Positions 18,632 through 26,308 of a stretch of DNA of 28,897 nt are shown piece by piece. Under the pieces are notes generated by a model that was given only the letters and a program-made list of their open reading frames with translations, made no database searches and was not told the DNA's origin. The position numbers and the translations under genes are program-made. Source of the stretch: a virus (taxonomy: Duplodnaviria; Caudoviricetes); the IMG/VR virus record IMGVR_UViG_3300017911_001017, positions 1 to 28,897 of that record; one strand, written 5' to 3'. Numbering within the stretch: position 1 is the stretch's first letter; every line of letters begins with the position of its first letter.

Positions 18632-18921
18632 TCCCTCCTTACATCGATCTTCTCATCCTCTACAAAATTTTCACTTCTTGCGATTCTATCGATATCGGGT
18701 TTGAGTTCTAATGCAGACGATACTAAAAGATCAATCTTGATCATGTCATTGTTCATCATACGAACTCTACTTTCTAAACTACTAATGATGTTGGTCAAAC
18801 CTGTAACTTGACCTACAACTGATTCTAGGATATATCTTAAAGTCAAGAAGATAAAGAATGCCATAATGATAGCACTCCCAATAGGTACTCCGACTTCACT
18901 TAAGAAAGATAATATATCCAT
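18628..18921 (-). CDS. small membrane protein (TM + coiled coil), paralog of the next gene
   Basis: EVGVPIGSAIIMAFFIFL TM segment, then RMMNNDMIKI. Confidence 0.8.
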   Translation of the reverse strand: MDILSFLSEVGVPIGSAIIMAFFIFLTLRYILESVVGQVTGLTNIISSLESRVRMMNNDMIKIDLLVSSALELKPDIDRIARSENFVEDEKIDVRRD

Positions 18922-18926
18922 ACCCT

Positions 18927-18933
18927 TATTTAT
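18927..18933 (-). promoter_or_regulatory. T4-like late promoter of the curli module
   Basis: cATAAATA-N5-ATG just downstream of a terminator. Confidence 0.65.
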
Positions 18934-18956
18934 GAAATTAGGGGTCTAATATGGCC

Positions 18957-18986
18957 AAAAAAAAGGGGACTTGATGTCCCCCTTTT
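18957..18986 (-). terminator. Rho-independent terminator
   Basis: GGGGAC-ATCAA-GTCCCC followed by T8 on the minus strand. Confidence 0.85.
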
Positions 18987-19000
18987 GGATTAGTGTGGGT

Positions 19001-19306
19001 TTATTTTTCTCTTAATTGAGACCAAATTTCACTCACGACTGCAGCTTTTGTTCCACTCTTCTTAACTTTGAGAGATTTTTTCTCAGCAAGATCAAAGAGT
19101 TGAACCTTTGTTAGTTTGTTTAACTCAGCCTTTGACACGATACCGTTATCATTTGCATCTACTTTTGGAGCAGGTGCTTTAGGTTTCGGTGCTGGTGCTG
19201 GAGCAGGTGTAGGTTCTACCTCAACTGCTTTCGAACCACTCTTAAGAGTAGTTACGAAAAAAACAACAACAAGAACTACAATAATACCAATTGCAAAAAG
19301 TTCCAT
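19001..19306 (-). CDS. membrane-anchored protein with Pro/Ala linker and C-terminal HeH (SAP/Rho-N-like) motif
   Basis: N-terminal TM, PTPAPAPAPKPKAPAP, DANDNGIVSKAE, LNKLTKVQL..LA......SGTKA.VV; SD GAGG. Confidence 0.75.
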   Translation of the reverse strand: MELFAIGIIVVLVVVFFVTTLKSGSKAVEVEPTPAPAPAPKPKAPAPKVDANDNGIVSKAELNKLTKVQLFDLAEKKSLKVKKSGTKAAVVSEIWSQLREK

Positions 19307-19329
19307 AATATTTCCTCACTTAATTAAGT

Positions 19330-19506
19330 TTACTTATCCTTTGCCTTTCCAACATTGAGGGCAACCCAGTCTAAAACTTTGTAAGCCTTTTTGACTAGAC
19401 CATCATCAATTGGTGTTGGTGTTAAAGCTGCAATTAAAGATGCACCCATAACTAGCCAAGGAATCACTTGTATCCATGCTATAACCCATTGAATGAATTC
19501 TAACAT
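19330..19506 (-). CDS. small membrane protein, 58 aa (TPTPxDD type)
   Basis: Manual translation MLEFIQWVIAWIQVIPWLVMGASLIAALTPTPIDDGLVKKAYKVLDWVALNVGKAKDK; SD AGGAG. Confidence 0.82.
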   Translation of the reverse strand: MLEFIQWVIAWIQVIPWLVMGASLIAALTPTPIDDGLVKKAYKVLDWVALNVGKAKDK

Positions 19507-19550
19507 ATGATTCTCCTATCGAAAGGTATATATCCCTTTCGTAGGTATAT

Positions 19551-19961
19551 TTAGGAGTTATTACTGCCTATACTATATTTAGTAGTCAATTTCCACTCAC
19601 TTTTTTCCTTGTAAGGAATGATCTTAATCTGTGAGAGTGGAGCTTTCGGTTCAGTAATCTGACCCCTATTTACAACGGAGATTAAGTTCCATTGTTCTAA
19701 TAAACCAACGATGGTATTCCTTCTAGCAATATCTGATTCATCAATGTTAGTGGGTTTACCATCTAGTTTAAATAGTTCTTTAAAGTGAGTTATGTAATAC
19801 TTTCCACGTTTGTGAAGTATGTGACATGACTGAAATAATTCTTGTTCTCTACGGGATGCAACACCTATGCGTGATAGTGTTTCTCTAATCTTTAGGAAAT
19901 CGTCTTTTTCGGGGAATGTGACCTCTACTAGGTCTTTTATAATATCTTCTTGATCATTCAT
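19551..19961 (-). CDS. regA: RegA translational repressor
   Basis: DDFLKIRETLSRIGVAS, QSCHILHKRGKYYITHFKELF, RRNTI..LL..W; start re-set to MNDQED. Confidence 0.97.
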   Translation of the reverse strand: MNDQEDIIKDLVEVTFPEKDDFLKIRETLSRIGVASRREQELFQSCHILHKRGKYYITHFKELFKLDGKPTNIDESDIARRNTIVGLLEQWNLISVVNRGQITEPKAPLSQIKIIPYKEKSEWKLTTKYSIGSNNS

Positions 19962-20346
19962 TATCCTTACCACCAGTTTTCATTCTGTTTTTCAATTCTC
20001 GTAACTGTTTATCAGACAGAAGTTCCACATAGTCTTTTGCTTCTTTAGTAGATATCTGATAATAATCCTTTACAGTATCGAGTTTCTTACTAATGTAAGG
20101 CTTCTGCCATTGTGAGAACCTTTGTCTCTTTCTTAGAGTATTTAGGAAAAACATGTATTGAAGACGGTTGTCCACACCATGTCTCAGGTTCATTTCATTA
20201 GTAAGGAAAACAGCATCCTGATGATAAGATAATGCTCTGTTAATTAAAAATGGTTGATATGCTTTCTCCTCGACCTCATCAACCATGAGGTCTTTCTTGT
20301 CGTAGGAGACCGACTTTACAAAATCAAAAGGGTTTCTTTTAGCCAT
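19954..20346 (-). CDS. 62: clamp loader small subunit gp62
   Basis: YQPFLINRALS, NEMN, QY.F....LRKRQRFS.W; upstream of regA; start re-set to MAKRNPF. Confidence 0.92.
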   Translation of the reverse strand: MAKRNPFDFVKSVSYDKKDLMVDEVEEKAYQPFLINRALSYHQDAVFLTNEMNLRHGVDNRLQYMFFLNTLRKRQRFSQWQKPYISKKLDTVKDYYQISTKEAKDYVELLSDKQLRELKNRMKTGGKDNE

Positions 20347-20629
20347 GGAGTACACTACTACCAGTGACTTTTTGATATTGATCAATCAACTCATCACCCT
20401 TCAGTTCTTCACCAAAGTATACAATGGAACCATCATCACATGTTCTTTCAATAAGTCCACTATTGAAGTGTCTATCACAAACTGATTTACCATCTTGAGT
20501 ATCTTGTGGTCTAGTATCGTACCACATACTACTTAGACTATGAGCATGGATGCCTGAAACACCCTTTGCCCATTCTTCTGCCTCTAATAGAAGTCTTTGT
20601 CTCTCTACTTTATCTTGATACTGTCCCAT
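20339..20629 (-). CDS. hypothetical protein
   Basis: 96-aa ORF coupled to both neighbours; GGAGG upstream. Confidence 0.75.
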   Translation of the reverse strand: MGQYQDKVERQRLLLEAEEWAKGVSGIHAHSLSSMWYDTRPQDTQDGKSVCDRHFNSGLIERTCDDGSIVYFGEELKGDELIDQYQKVTGSSVLHG

Positions 20630-21030
20630 TATGCCTCCTTGTCAATATCCCATGTGATTATATTTTTACCTTTCTTCGAAGGTCTGTTTTGCCAGAACTT
20701 CCATTGTTCTTGTTCTCGTCTCCATTGATATAACCATGGAGCATTATCTCTTTCTGCATCTAAGAAGATTGCATTTGTAAATGCTAGAGGTATTAATACA
20801 CCAGCATGAACTATAATGCTGATAACTGTATTGTAACCTAACCATCCCATGTAATAAGATGCGACAAATCCGAAATACACTGACCACATTGTGAATAATA
20901 CTAACATAAAATATGTTTGTAACGATGGGTCAGGAATATGCTTGAGTGGATTATACTTTGCATTCATGACTAATCTCCATGAATCTACAATCCACATAAT
21001 TGTTCTACGATATAAATTTGGTTTTTTCAT
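20629..21030 (-). CDS. hypothetical membrane protein (2 TM)
   Basis: YNPLKHIPD motif then two hydrophobic helices; ATGA overlap with gp44. Confidence 0.78.
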   Translation of the reverse strand: MKKPNLYRRTIMWIVDSWRLVMNAKYNPLKHIPDPSLQTYFMLVLFTMWSVYFGFVASYYMGWLGYNTVISIIVHAGVLIPLAFTNAIFLDAERDNAPWLYQWRREQEQWKFWQNRPSKKGKNIITWDIDKEA

Positions 21031-21968
21031 TTGAATTTACACTCCGACATAATTTCTGTCAAACATGCAACGAAATTGATTTCTGAATCCATTGCAAAGG
21101 CAGACTTGTATTGATAATCAGCGATAAACAAAACTGCAGCTGGAATCGATTGAGGTTCCAGTCGTTGTTCCAATGCATTGAAGAGTTTACGATAGAGTGT
21201 GTTGAAATCATTATCTGAGTTCTTACCAACCCACTTTCTCATACCTCCCCAGTTCTTATCAGCCAACATGTCAATGAGAGGTGTGAGTTTCTCTTCGTTG
21301 AGTGTAGATAATAATCCACTATCAATCTCACCTGAGACACCATACCTTTGTACCTCATTGATGCATCGTCTGAAATCAGGGAAGAACTTGATTACAAGTT
21401 CAACCAAAACCTTCTGATCAAACTTGATGTTCTCCGTTGTACAAATCTCCATGAGTCGAGCAAGAAACACAGATGCAAGTCTCTGTTTGTCATTCGGGGT
21501 CATGGTAAAATCAATCACCGTTGTTCGTGAATGCAACGGTGGGATAATACGATTCTTGTAGTTACATGTAAAAATGAATCTACAGTTTGCAGAAAACTCC
21601 TCAATGAAGTTTCTGAGTGCTGGTTGTACTGAGTCTGCAGAAATGTAATCTGCCTCGTCCAGTATCACAACCTTTGGGGCATCCGACAATGAAACTGTGG
21701 ATGCAAAGTTCTTGATCTTAGTTCTGAGAGTGTCGATCAAACGACCTTCATCCGAACCATTGATCACAATAAAATCTGCACCGAGTTCATTACACAGTGC
21801 TTTTGCAACTGTGGTTTTACCGATACCAGCAGAACCACACAACATGAGATTAGGAATCTCACCTTGTTTTACAAAGTCTTGAAAAGTTTTTTTCAGGGGT
21901 GCTGGAAGTATAGTATCCTCAATCGTTTGAGGTCTGTACTTCTCAACAAAAAGATATTCGTTATTCAT
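21027..21968 (-). CDS. 44: clamp loader large subunit gp44 (RFC-like AAA+)
   Basis: VEKYRP, GSAGIGKTT, ILDEAD, LRNFIEEFS, FPDFRR. Confidence 0.97.
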   Translation of the reverse strand: MNNEYLFVEKYRPQTIEDTILPAPLKKTFQDFVKQGEIPNLMLCGSAGIGKTTVAKALCNELGADFIVINGSDEGRLIDTLRTKIKNFASTVSLSDAPKVVILDEADYISADSVQPALRNFIEEFSANCRFIFTCNYKNRIIPPLHSRTTVIDFTMTPNDKQRLASVFLARLMEICTTENIKFDQKVLVELVIKFFPDFRRCINEVQRYGVSGEIDSGLLSTLNEEKLTPLIDMLADKNWGGMRKWVGKNSDNDFNTLYRKLFNALEQRLEPQSIPAAVLFIADYQYKSAFAMDSEINFVACLTEIMSECKFK

Positions 21969-22144
21969 TCAGTCTCCACTATAGGAACATCAATGTATTC
22001 ACAGTGAGTGTTCTCTTCATTACAAATTAGGATGTTGGTTCTGACTTCACATCTATAGTTGTCGCAGTCAAATTTCACTAGATCATCTTTAGGGATGATT
22101 GTACATCCCTGAAGAAGTAGAACCAATCCTAAGACTGCTCTCAT
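21965..22144 (-). CDS. small Cys-rich lipoprotein, 59 aa
   Basis: Manual translation MRAVLGLVLLLQGCTIIPKDDLVKFDCDNYRCEVRTNILICNEENTHCEYIDVPIVETE; lipobox LQGC; ATGA overlap with gp44. Confidence 0.75.
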   Translation of the reverse strand: MRAVLGLVLLLQGCTIIPKDDLVKFDCDNYRCEVRTNILICNEENTHCEYIDVPIVETE

Positions 22145-22147
22145 GGT

Positions 22148-22247
22148 GTGGAACTCCCCTCCGAGTCCACAGTGTAATCCACCCTTGAAGATTGATGAGA
22201 TCGGATTACTCCCGTGTGCATTGTAGAGACTGGCACAATACTCACAC
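22148..22247 (-). ncRNA. candidate structured RNA (three tandem hairpins)
   Basis: Stems GTGT.GTATTGT/ACAATGCACAC, GTAATCC/GGATTAC, GTGGACTC/GAGTTCCAC fill the intergenic gap. Confidence 0.5.
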
Positions 22248-22258
22248 TTGTATATAGG

Positions 22259-22927
22259 TTAAGCATTGTATTTTGAATCAGGCTCCAACGCAATAAAATA
22301 CTCAAGTTCGATATCTGTGTTCACAAAGTGAGAGATACCTTTTGAGGATACGGCAACATTGTAGTTACCATCTAGAACTTTAAGATTCTCAATCTTGAAG
22401 TTCATAGTGAAAGTAGAACCATTACCCTCACCCACGATTCTTGAGAATGTGTTTGATGTAGGATTCTTCTTATCAGTCACTTCCAACTTGATAGTGTTAC
22501 CATCACTTGATAGAACTAGATCGTTCACACCAAGGACACTTGCAGCTTTCTGCAACTCAGAAAGTAGTGTTGAACTGATTTGAATATTGATCTCTGCCTC
22601 AGGCATTGTGATCATTTTATCAGGTGCAACAACCATACCTTCACTTGCATAGAAGTATGCAAGACTTGAGTTATCGTCTGCAACAGTCAAACTTGCATCA
22701 CCGAATTGAAAGTCGGGGTCATCCAACAAGGATGTTGCACCCAAGAACTCGGGCAAGTTGTAAATACTAAAATCTTGAGGGAACGTCTCATCGACAGTCG
22801 CCACTGCAAGAATGTTCTTCATATTGGAAATGGTTTCCACCTTGTTTCCAGTCTTAACTCGGATACCCGAATTAATTGTTGAGAAATTTTTTAAGATATT
22901 CCTCGTATCATTACTAATTTTCATCAC
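22259..22927 (-). CDS. 45: sliding clamp gp45
   Basis: LKNFSTINSGI, FSIYNLPEFL, FKIENLK...GNYNV, YFIALEPDS. Confidence 0.95.
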   Translation of the reverse strand: MMKISNDTRNILKNFSTINSGIRVKTGNKVETISNMKNILAVATVDETFPQDFSIYNLPEFLGATSLLDDPDFQFGDASLTVADDNSSLAYFYASEGMVVAPDKMITMPEAEINIQISSTLLSELQKAASVLGVNDLVLSSDGNTIKLEVTDKKNPTSNTFSRIVGEGNGSTFTMNFKIENLKVLDGNYNVAVSSKGISHFVNTDIELEYFIALEPDSKYNA

Positions 22928-23208
22928 TCTTCAGCCTCCTTTACATGCGTATCGTGATTATATAAAGCAAGGAATCCATAGTGAATGACTTTGAATAAGT
23001 CTGCACGATTGTATCCGTCCTTCTTTCCGTAGCGTTGTGCATACTTCAAGATGTTTCCGATACAGAATCCCTCTCCGTGTCCACCATCCATGATAAACTC
23101 AGTTGCCTGAAACTTATCTTTTGAATAGTGTTGTTCGTATGTCTTATCAACATACTCCTTGAATTGACTAAGCAATTCTTGTTCATTGTACTTGTAGTTT
23201 ATAGACAT
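22924..23208 (-). CDS. DUF3310-like (T7 gp1.7/SaV-like) protein
   Basis: HY, GFCIGNILKYAQRYGKKDG, DL.K..HY; start 23208 or 23217. Confidence 0.78.
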   Translation of the reverse strand: MSINYKYNEQELLSQFKEYVDKTYEQHYSKDKFQATEFIMDGGHGEGFCIGNILKYAQRYGKKDGYNRADLFKVIHYGFLALYNHDTHVKEAEE

Positions 23209-23215
23209 CTTCTCC

Positions 23216-23244
23216 ATTATAACTTATGCCTCCTCTTCTTGCAA
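23216..23244 (-). promoter_or_regulatory. sigma70-type promoter for the gp45-44-62-regA unit
   Basis: TTGCAA-N17-TATAAT-N7-ATG. Confidence 0.65.
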
Positions 23245-23775
23245 TAGGGTTTTTGCTTCATACTCTAGATAACCCTCGGGGATTTCAAATGGATAATGGA
23301 ATGGTGTATCTAAATGTGTATCATTCCATCCAACATTCTTATGGTATAACCTAATACCACATCTATCATATCTCTCATTGATAGGACAAAGAACCTGAGA
23401 AGAATTCTTACCAGTCCATTTCTTCAATTCGTTATTTTCATATGAAGTTACAGCACATACCTGTGATGCAATCAAATAAATCTTTCTGAATTCTTCGAAG
23501 TCCTGAAACCTATCCCAGTTGTCACATATAAAATATGCTGTAGTTTGTGGTGCAAGTACATGATCGAATGTTGGATTGAAATTCTTATCCTTCATTCCCA
23601 TGTCCTGTGCAGCTTTGCTTTCCCATCCAGTCCTAATACCCGACACACCTTCATAAAATATTCTAGTGATGTCTCTCTTGTTGATAGACAAATCCCAAAG
23701 TCCATCATTCATGCAACCTCTCATACCACTGTAGGTAACCTTGCACTTAGATTCTTTCTTCTCAGTCAATCTCAT
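23224..23775 (-). CDS. hypothetical protein (DH...EN motif, possibly HNH-like)
   Basis: 183-aa ORF with SD GAGGTG; TFDHVLAP..VT..EN..L..RY...GI. Confidence 0.7.
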   Translation of the reverse strand: MRLTEKKESKCKVTYSGMRGCMNDGLWDLSINKRDITRIFYEGVSGIRTGWESKAAQDMGMKDKNFNPTFDHVLAPQTTAYFICDNWDRFQDFEEFRKIYLIASQVCAVTSYENNELKKWTGKNSSQVLCPINERYDRCGIRLYHKNVGWNDTHLDTPFHYPFEIPEGYLEYEAKTLLQEEEA

Positions 23776-24718
23776 TGAACACCTCGTCTTCAGGAAGTTG
23801 TCTAGTGAAAATGAATTTCACACTTCCCAGTTTCTTTCTTGCTTGTCCAGTGATTAACTTCTTTGCATTTTCGATCATATCATCGTAGAAGTCTAGGCAA
23901 GTTTTCCTGAGTTCAGGAATTGATTCAGAGTTTGCACCTGTGAATGTAGTAATAACTGTGTAGTTAACACCAGTTGAAATACCGTCAGTCAAATCCCTCA
24001 TAAGTCTTGCCCATCTATCTGACCTTTTCAATTCCTTTGCACCAGTCAGCTTCTTTAAGATGTAAGAGGGGTCTTCGACAATATCGATTCCATACTCTTC
24101 ATAATATTCAGAAATGATTGACTCATCAGACATGATTTCAATCGGTACAAAATCAACTCCAGCTGCAATCAATATCTCTTCGGCAAGTTTTGATCTACTT
24201 GGATAATTCAAGGGGAGTTGTGGATAATGTTTCTTGATATAATTACTAACTGCATTCTTAGACTTAGATACTTTGTCTCCTCTCTTAACAATTTGTGCAT
24301 GTGCAAAAATGAAATCTTCAGGCTTCTGCATAGTCTTGAAGGTGTTTCTCATATTCTCATCATTTGCATATGTGTTTCTTGCATCGTCATCATCGAATTC
24401 ACAAATTGCAACCCACATGTATTCCTCACCCTCAGCGTCATGACCATCGAACCTGTGCTTTCCAGCGATGAGATTACCGTCCTGATCTATCACTGGTGGT
24501 TCAAAGTGCTGTGGTAAGTAGGTTCCATTCTGAATCATCTTCCTGATCTCTAGTACACCATCAGTTGTGACACCACCAATTCTACCCCAGTTCTGATTTG
24601 TTGCATTGATGTCAGCGAGTCTGACCCAATCATATCTGATTACCCTCATGCCTGGCACGCATTGGACGGGGAACTGTGATTGTTCCCCTTTCAATAGGTT
24701 CTTAGGTTTAGTAGTCAT
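23762..24718 (-). CDS. ParB/sulfiredoxin-like N-terminal domain protein
   Basis: EPPVIDQDGNLIAGKHR; start re-set to MTTKPKN to remove the long overlap with the AAA+ gene. Confidence 0.72.
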   Translation of the reverse strand: MTTKPKNLLKGEQSQFPVQCVPGMRVIRYDWVRLADINATNQNWGRIGGVTTDGVLEIRKMIQNGTYLPQHFEPPVIDQDGNLIAGKHRFDGHDAEGEEYMWVAICEFDDDDARNTYANDENMRNTFKTMQKPEDFIFAHAQIVKRGDKVSKSKNAVSNYIKKHYPQLPLNYPSRSKLAEEILIAAGVDFVPIEIMSDESIISEYYEEYGIDIVEDPSYILKKLTGAKELKRSDRWARLMRDLTDGISTGVNYTVITTFTGANSESIPELRKTCLDFYDDMIENAKKLITGQARKKLGSVKFIFTRQLPEDEVFNEID

Positions 24719-25985
24719 ATGACTCACCAGTTTCCACTGGTTCCTCAGTTTCGGATTCTTCAGCAAGGTGAACACCATCGTCCACCTTGGTGTAGAGATC
24801 AAGGATTGAATTCCTAGTCTCTTCATCGAACCTTGAAATACACATTGTGATTGACTTGAGTTTGTCACCAAACATTCTGTAAGCATTCACGATGTGAACC
24901 AACCTTCTAGTAGTGATGACATCATCGATACCACCTTCGTAGAAAGTCTTTCTGATTATGTCAGCCCAGTCGACTAACTTGTCACAGAAGTCTTGATCGA
25001 CATCACCAGTCAATGCCATTTCTTTAGAGAGGATTGACTTCTCAGTTTTCACAGGAGGGTATTCCTGTTGCATTGTGATTGCAAATCTCTCAAGCATTGC
25101 TTCGTTCATGATCTGAGTCCCGATGAACTTACCGTCCTCAGAACCTTGACCTTTAGTGTTTGCAGTAGCAAGGATAGTGAACCCTTCTTTAGGAGTCACC
25201 CACTCACCAGTCTTCTTGATCAGGTAACCTTTACCTTCAAGAACTGATTGTAAACACATCAACTTGTTAGAACCCAAGTCAACTTCATCGAGAAGAAGGA
25301 CAGCACCTTTCCTCATTGCTTTGACAACAGGGCCTTCCCTGAAAATGATGTTACCATTTTCTAGAGAGTGACCACCCATCAAATCATCCTCATCAGTTTC
25401 GATGGTGATGTTGACCCTGTAGAGTTCCCTCTTCAGTTGGGCACAAACTTGTTCGATCATCAGGGTCTTACCATTTCCTGAAAGACCAGTGACAAACACT
25501 GGAAAGAAAATCTTAGACTTGATGATGTTCTTGACATCCTTGAAGTGACCAAACGGAACATAGTTTGACATCTTCTCAGGAATGATCTTGACTTGTTCAT
25601 CGAGAACATTGAGAGACTCAGTTGCAGCTGCAACTGGCATATTCGAAACTGGTGCAGTCGCTGGGACTGGTGCAATTTTCACTGGAGATTCTCCTCCGTG
25701 GGAGTACCCACCGTTGTAACCCGAGATAACCTGTTCAAGGTTGAAGATAACTCCACCTTCAGGATTCGGTTCTTTGAATGGAAACCTAGAGGATTTAATC
25801 CAGTATGGAAGATATCCATCAAGTGCTTCCTTGATCTCTGCCCTAGTGAAGGCAGACTGATTAGGATACGATTTAATGAGGGTATCCAACACCTCACCCT
25901 TATCAGGAGTAATGGTAAAATCTTTACCATTCACAGAAATAGTCTTATCAGTCATATAGTCTCCTTTTTCGTTATTTCTCATCAT
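24708..25985 (-). CDS. cobS: CobS/MoxR-type AAA+ ATPase
   Basis: GLSGNGKT, ETDEDDLMG, LLLDEVD, ATANTKG.G, NEAMLERF, ITTRRL; two in-frame starts (25985 leaderless, 25955 with SD AAGGAG). Confidence 0.92.
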   Translation of the reverse strand: MMRNNEKGDYMTDKTISVNGKDFTITPDKGEVLDTLIKSYPNQSAFTRAEIKEALDGYLPYWIKSSRFPFKEPNPEGGVIFNLEQVISGYNGGYSHGGESPVKIAPVPATAPVSNMPVAAATESLNVLDEQVKIIPEKMSNYVPFGHFKDVKNIIKSKIFFPVFVTGLSGNGKTLMIEQVCAQLKRELYRVNITIETDEDDLMGGHSLENGNIIFREGPVVKAMRKGAVLLLDEVDLGSNKLMCLQSVLEGKGYLIKKTGEWVTPKEGFTILATANTKGQGSEDGKFIGTQIMNEAMLERFAITMQQEYPPVKTEKSILSKEMALTGDVDQDFCDKLVDWADIIRKTFYEGGIDDVITTRRLVHIVNAYRMFGDKLKSITMCISRFDEETRNSILDLYTKVDDGVHLAEESETEEPVETGESYDY

Positions 25986-25991
25986 GTGTAT

Positions 25992-26021
25992 ATTATCTCA
26001 AAAAGCTGTAGCCATTGTCAA
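25992..26021 (-). promoter_or_regulatory. sigma70-type early promoter (repeat copy 1)
   Basis: TTGACA-N18-GATAAT with extended TG; near-identical to 28717-28746. Confidence 0.8.
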
Positions 26022-26038
26022 GGCCATTTAAGCCACTG

Positions 26039-26308
26039 TTACTTAAGGGGTTCAAGAAGTCTCCCCATCTTCTTTAGGCATTTGATCTCACCTTTTGCAT
26101 TGGTTTCAGTCAAATATTTCTCCCCATTATTGACCCATGCCCTGAATGCAAAGCACTCAGTTTGATTCGTTTTACATTCATCGATCAGTTCACAGTTGTG
26201 AAATGTACAGGGGGCAGGCCCAACGTCATTGATTGCATCAGCGAACTTGCTGAGATCATGAGTTGGAATCCTTTCATAGTAAGCAGGGTCTACTTGTAAA
26301 TTTGGCAT
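26039..26308 (-). CDS. small Cys-rich hypothetical protein
   Basis: PCTFHNC....C......CFAF; TAATG coupling; SD AAGGAG. Confidence 0.75.
   Translation of the reverse strand: MPNLQVDPAYYERIPTHDLSKFADAINDVGPAPCTFHNCELIDECKTNQTECFAFRAWVNNGEKYLTETNAKGEIKCLKKMGRLLEPLK

Noticed and set aside
9330-18921. Host chromosomal DNA or chimeric assembly
   Set aside because: The bacterial-type genes carry T4-like late promoters, have phage-like compact overlaps, and are flanked by the expected regA and hsp20/gp43 backbone
22145-22258. Hammerhead ribozyme, tRNA or terminator
   Set aside because: No CUGAUGA/GAAA core in the right arrangement, no cloverleaf or T-loop, and no U-tract after the stems
24719-24886. 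Long N-terminal extension of the ParB-like ORF (similarly the extensions at 5927, 9899, 10371, 13175, 13897, 20385)
   Set aside because: They overlap upstream genes or promoters; downstream ATGs have an SD or stop-start coupling
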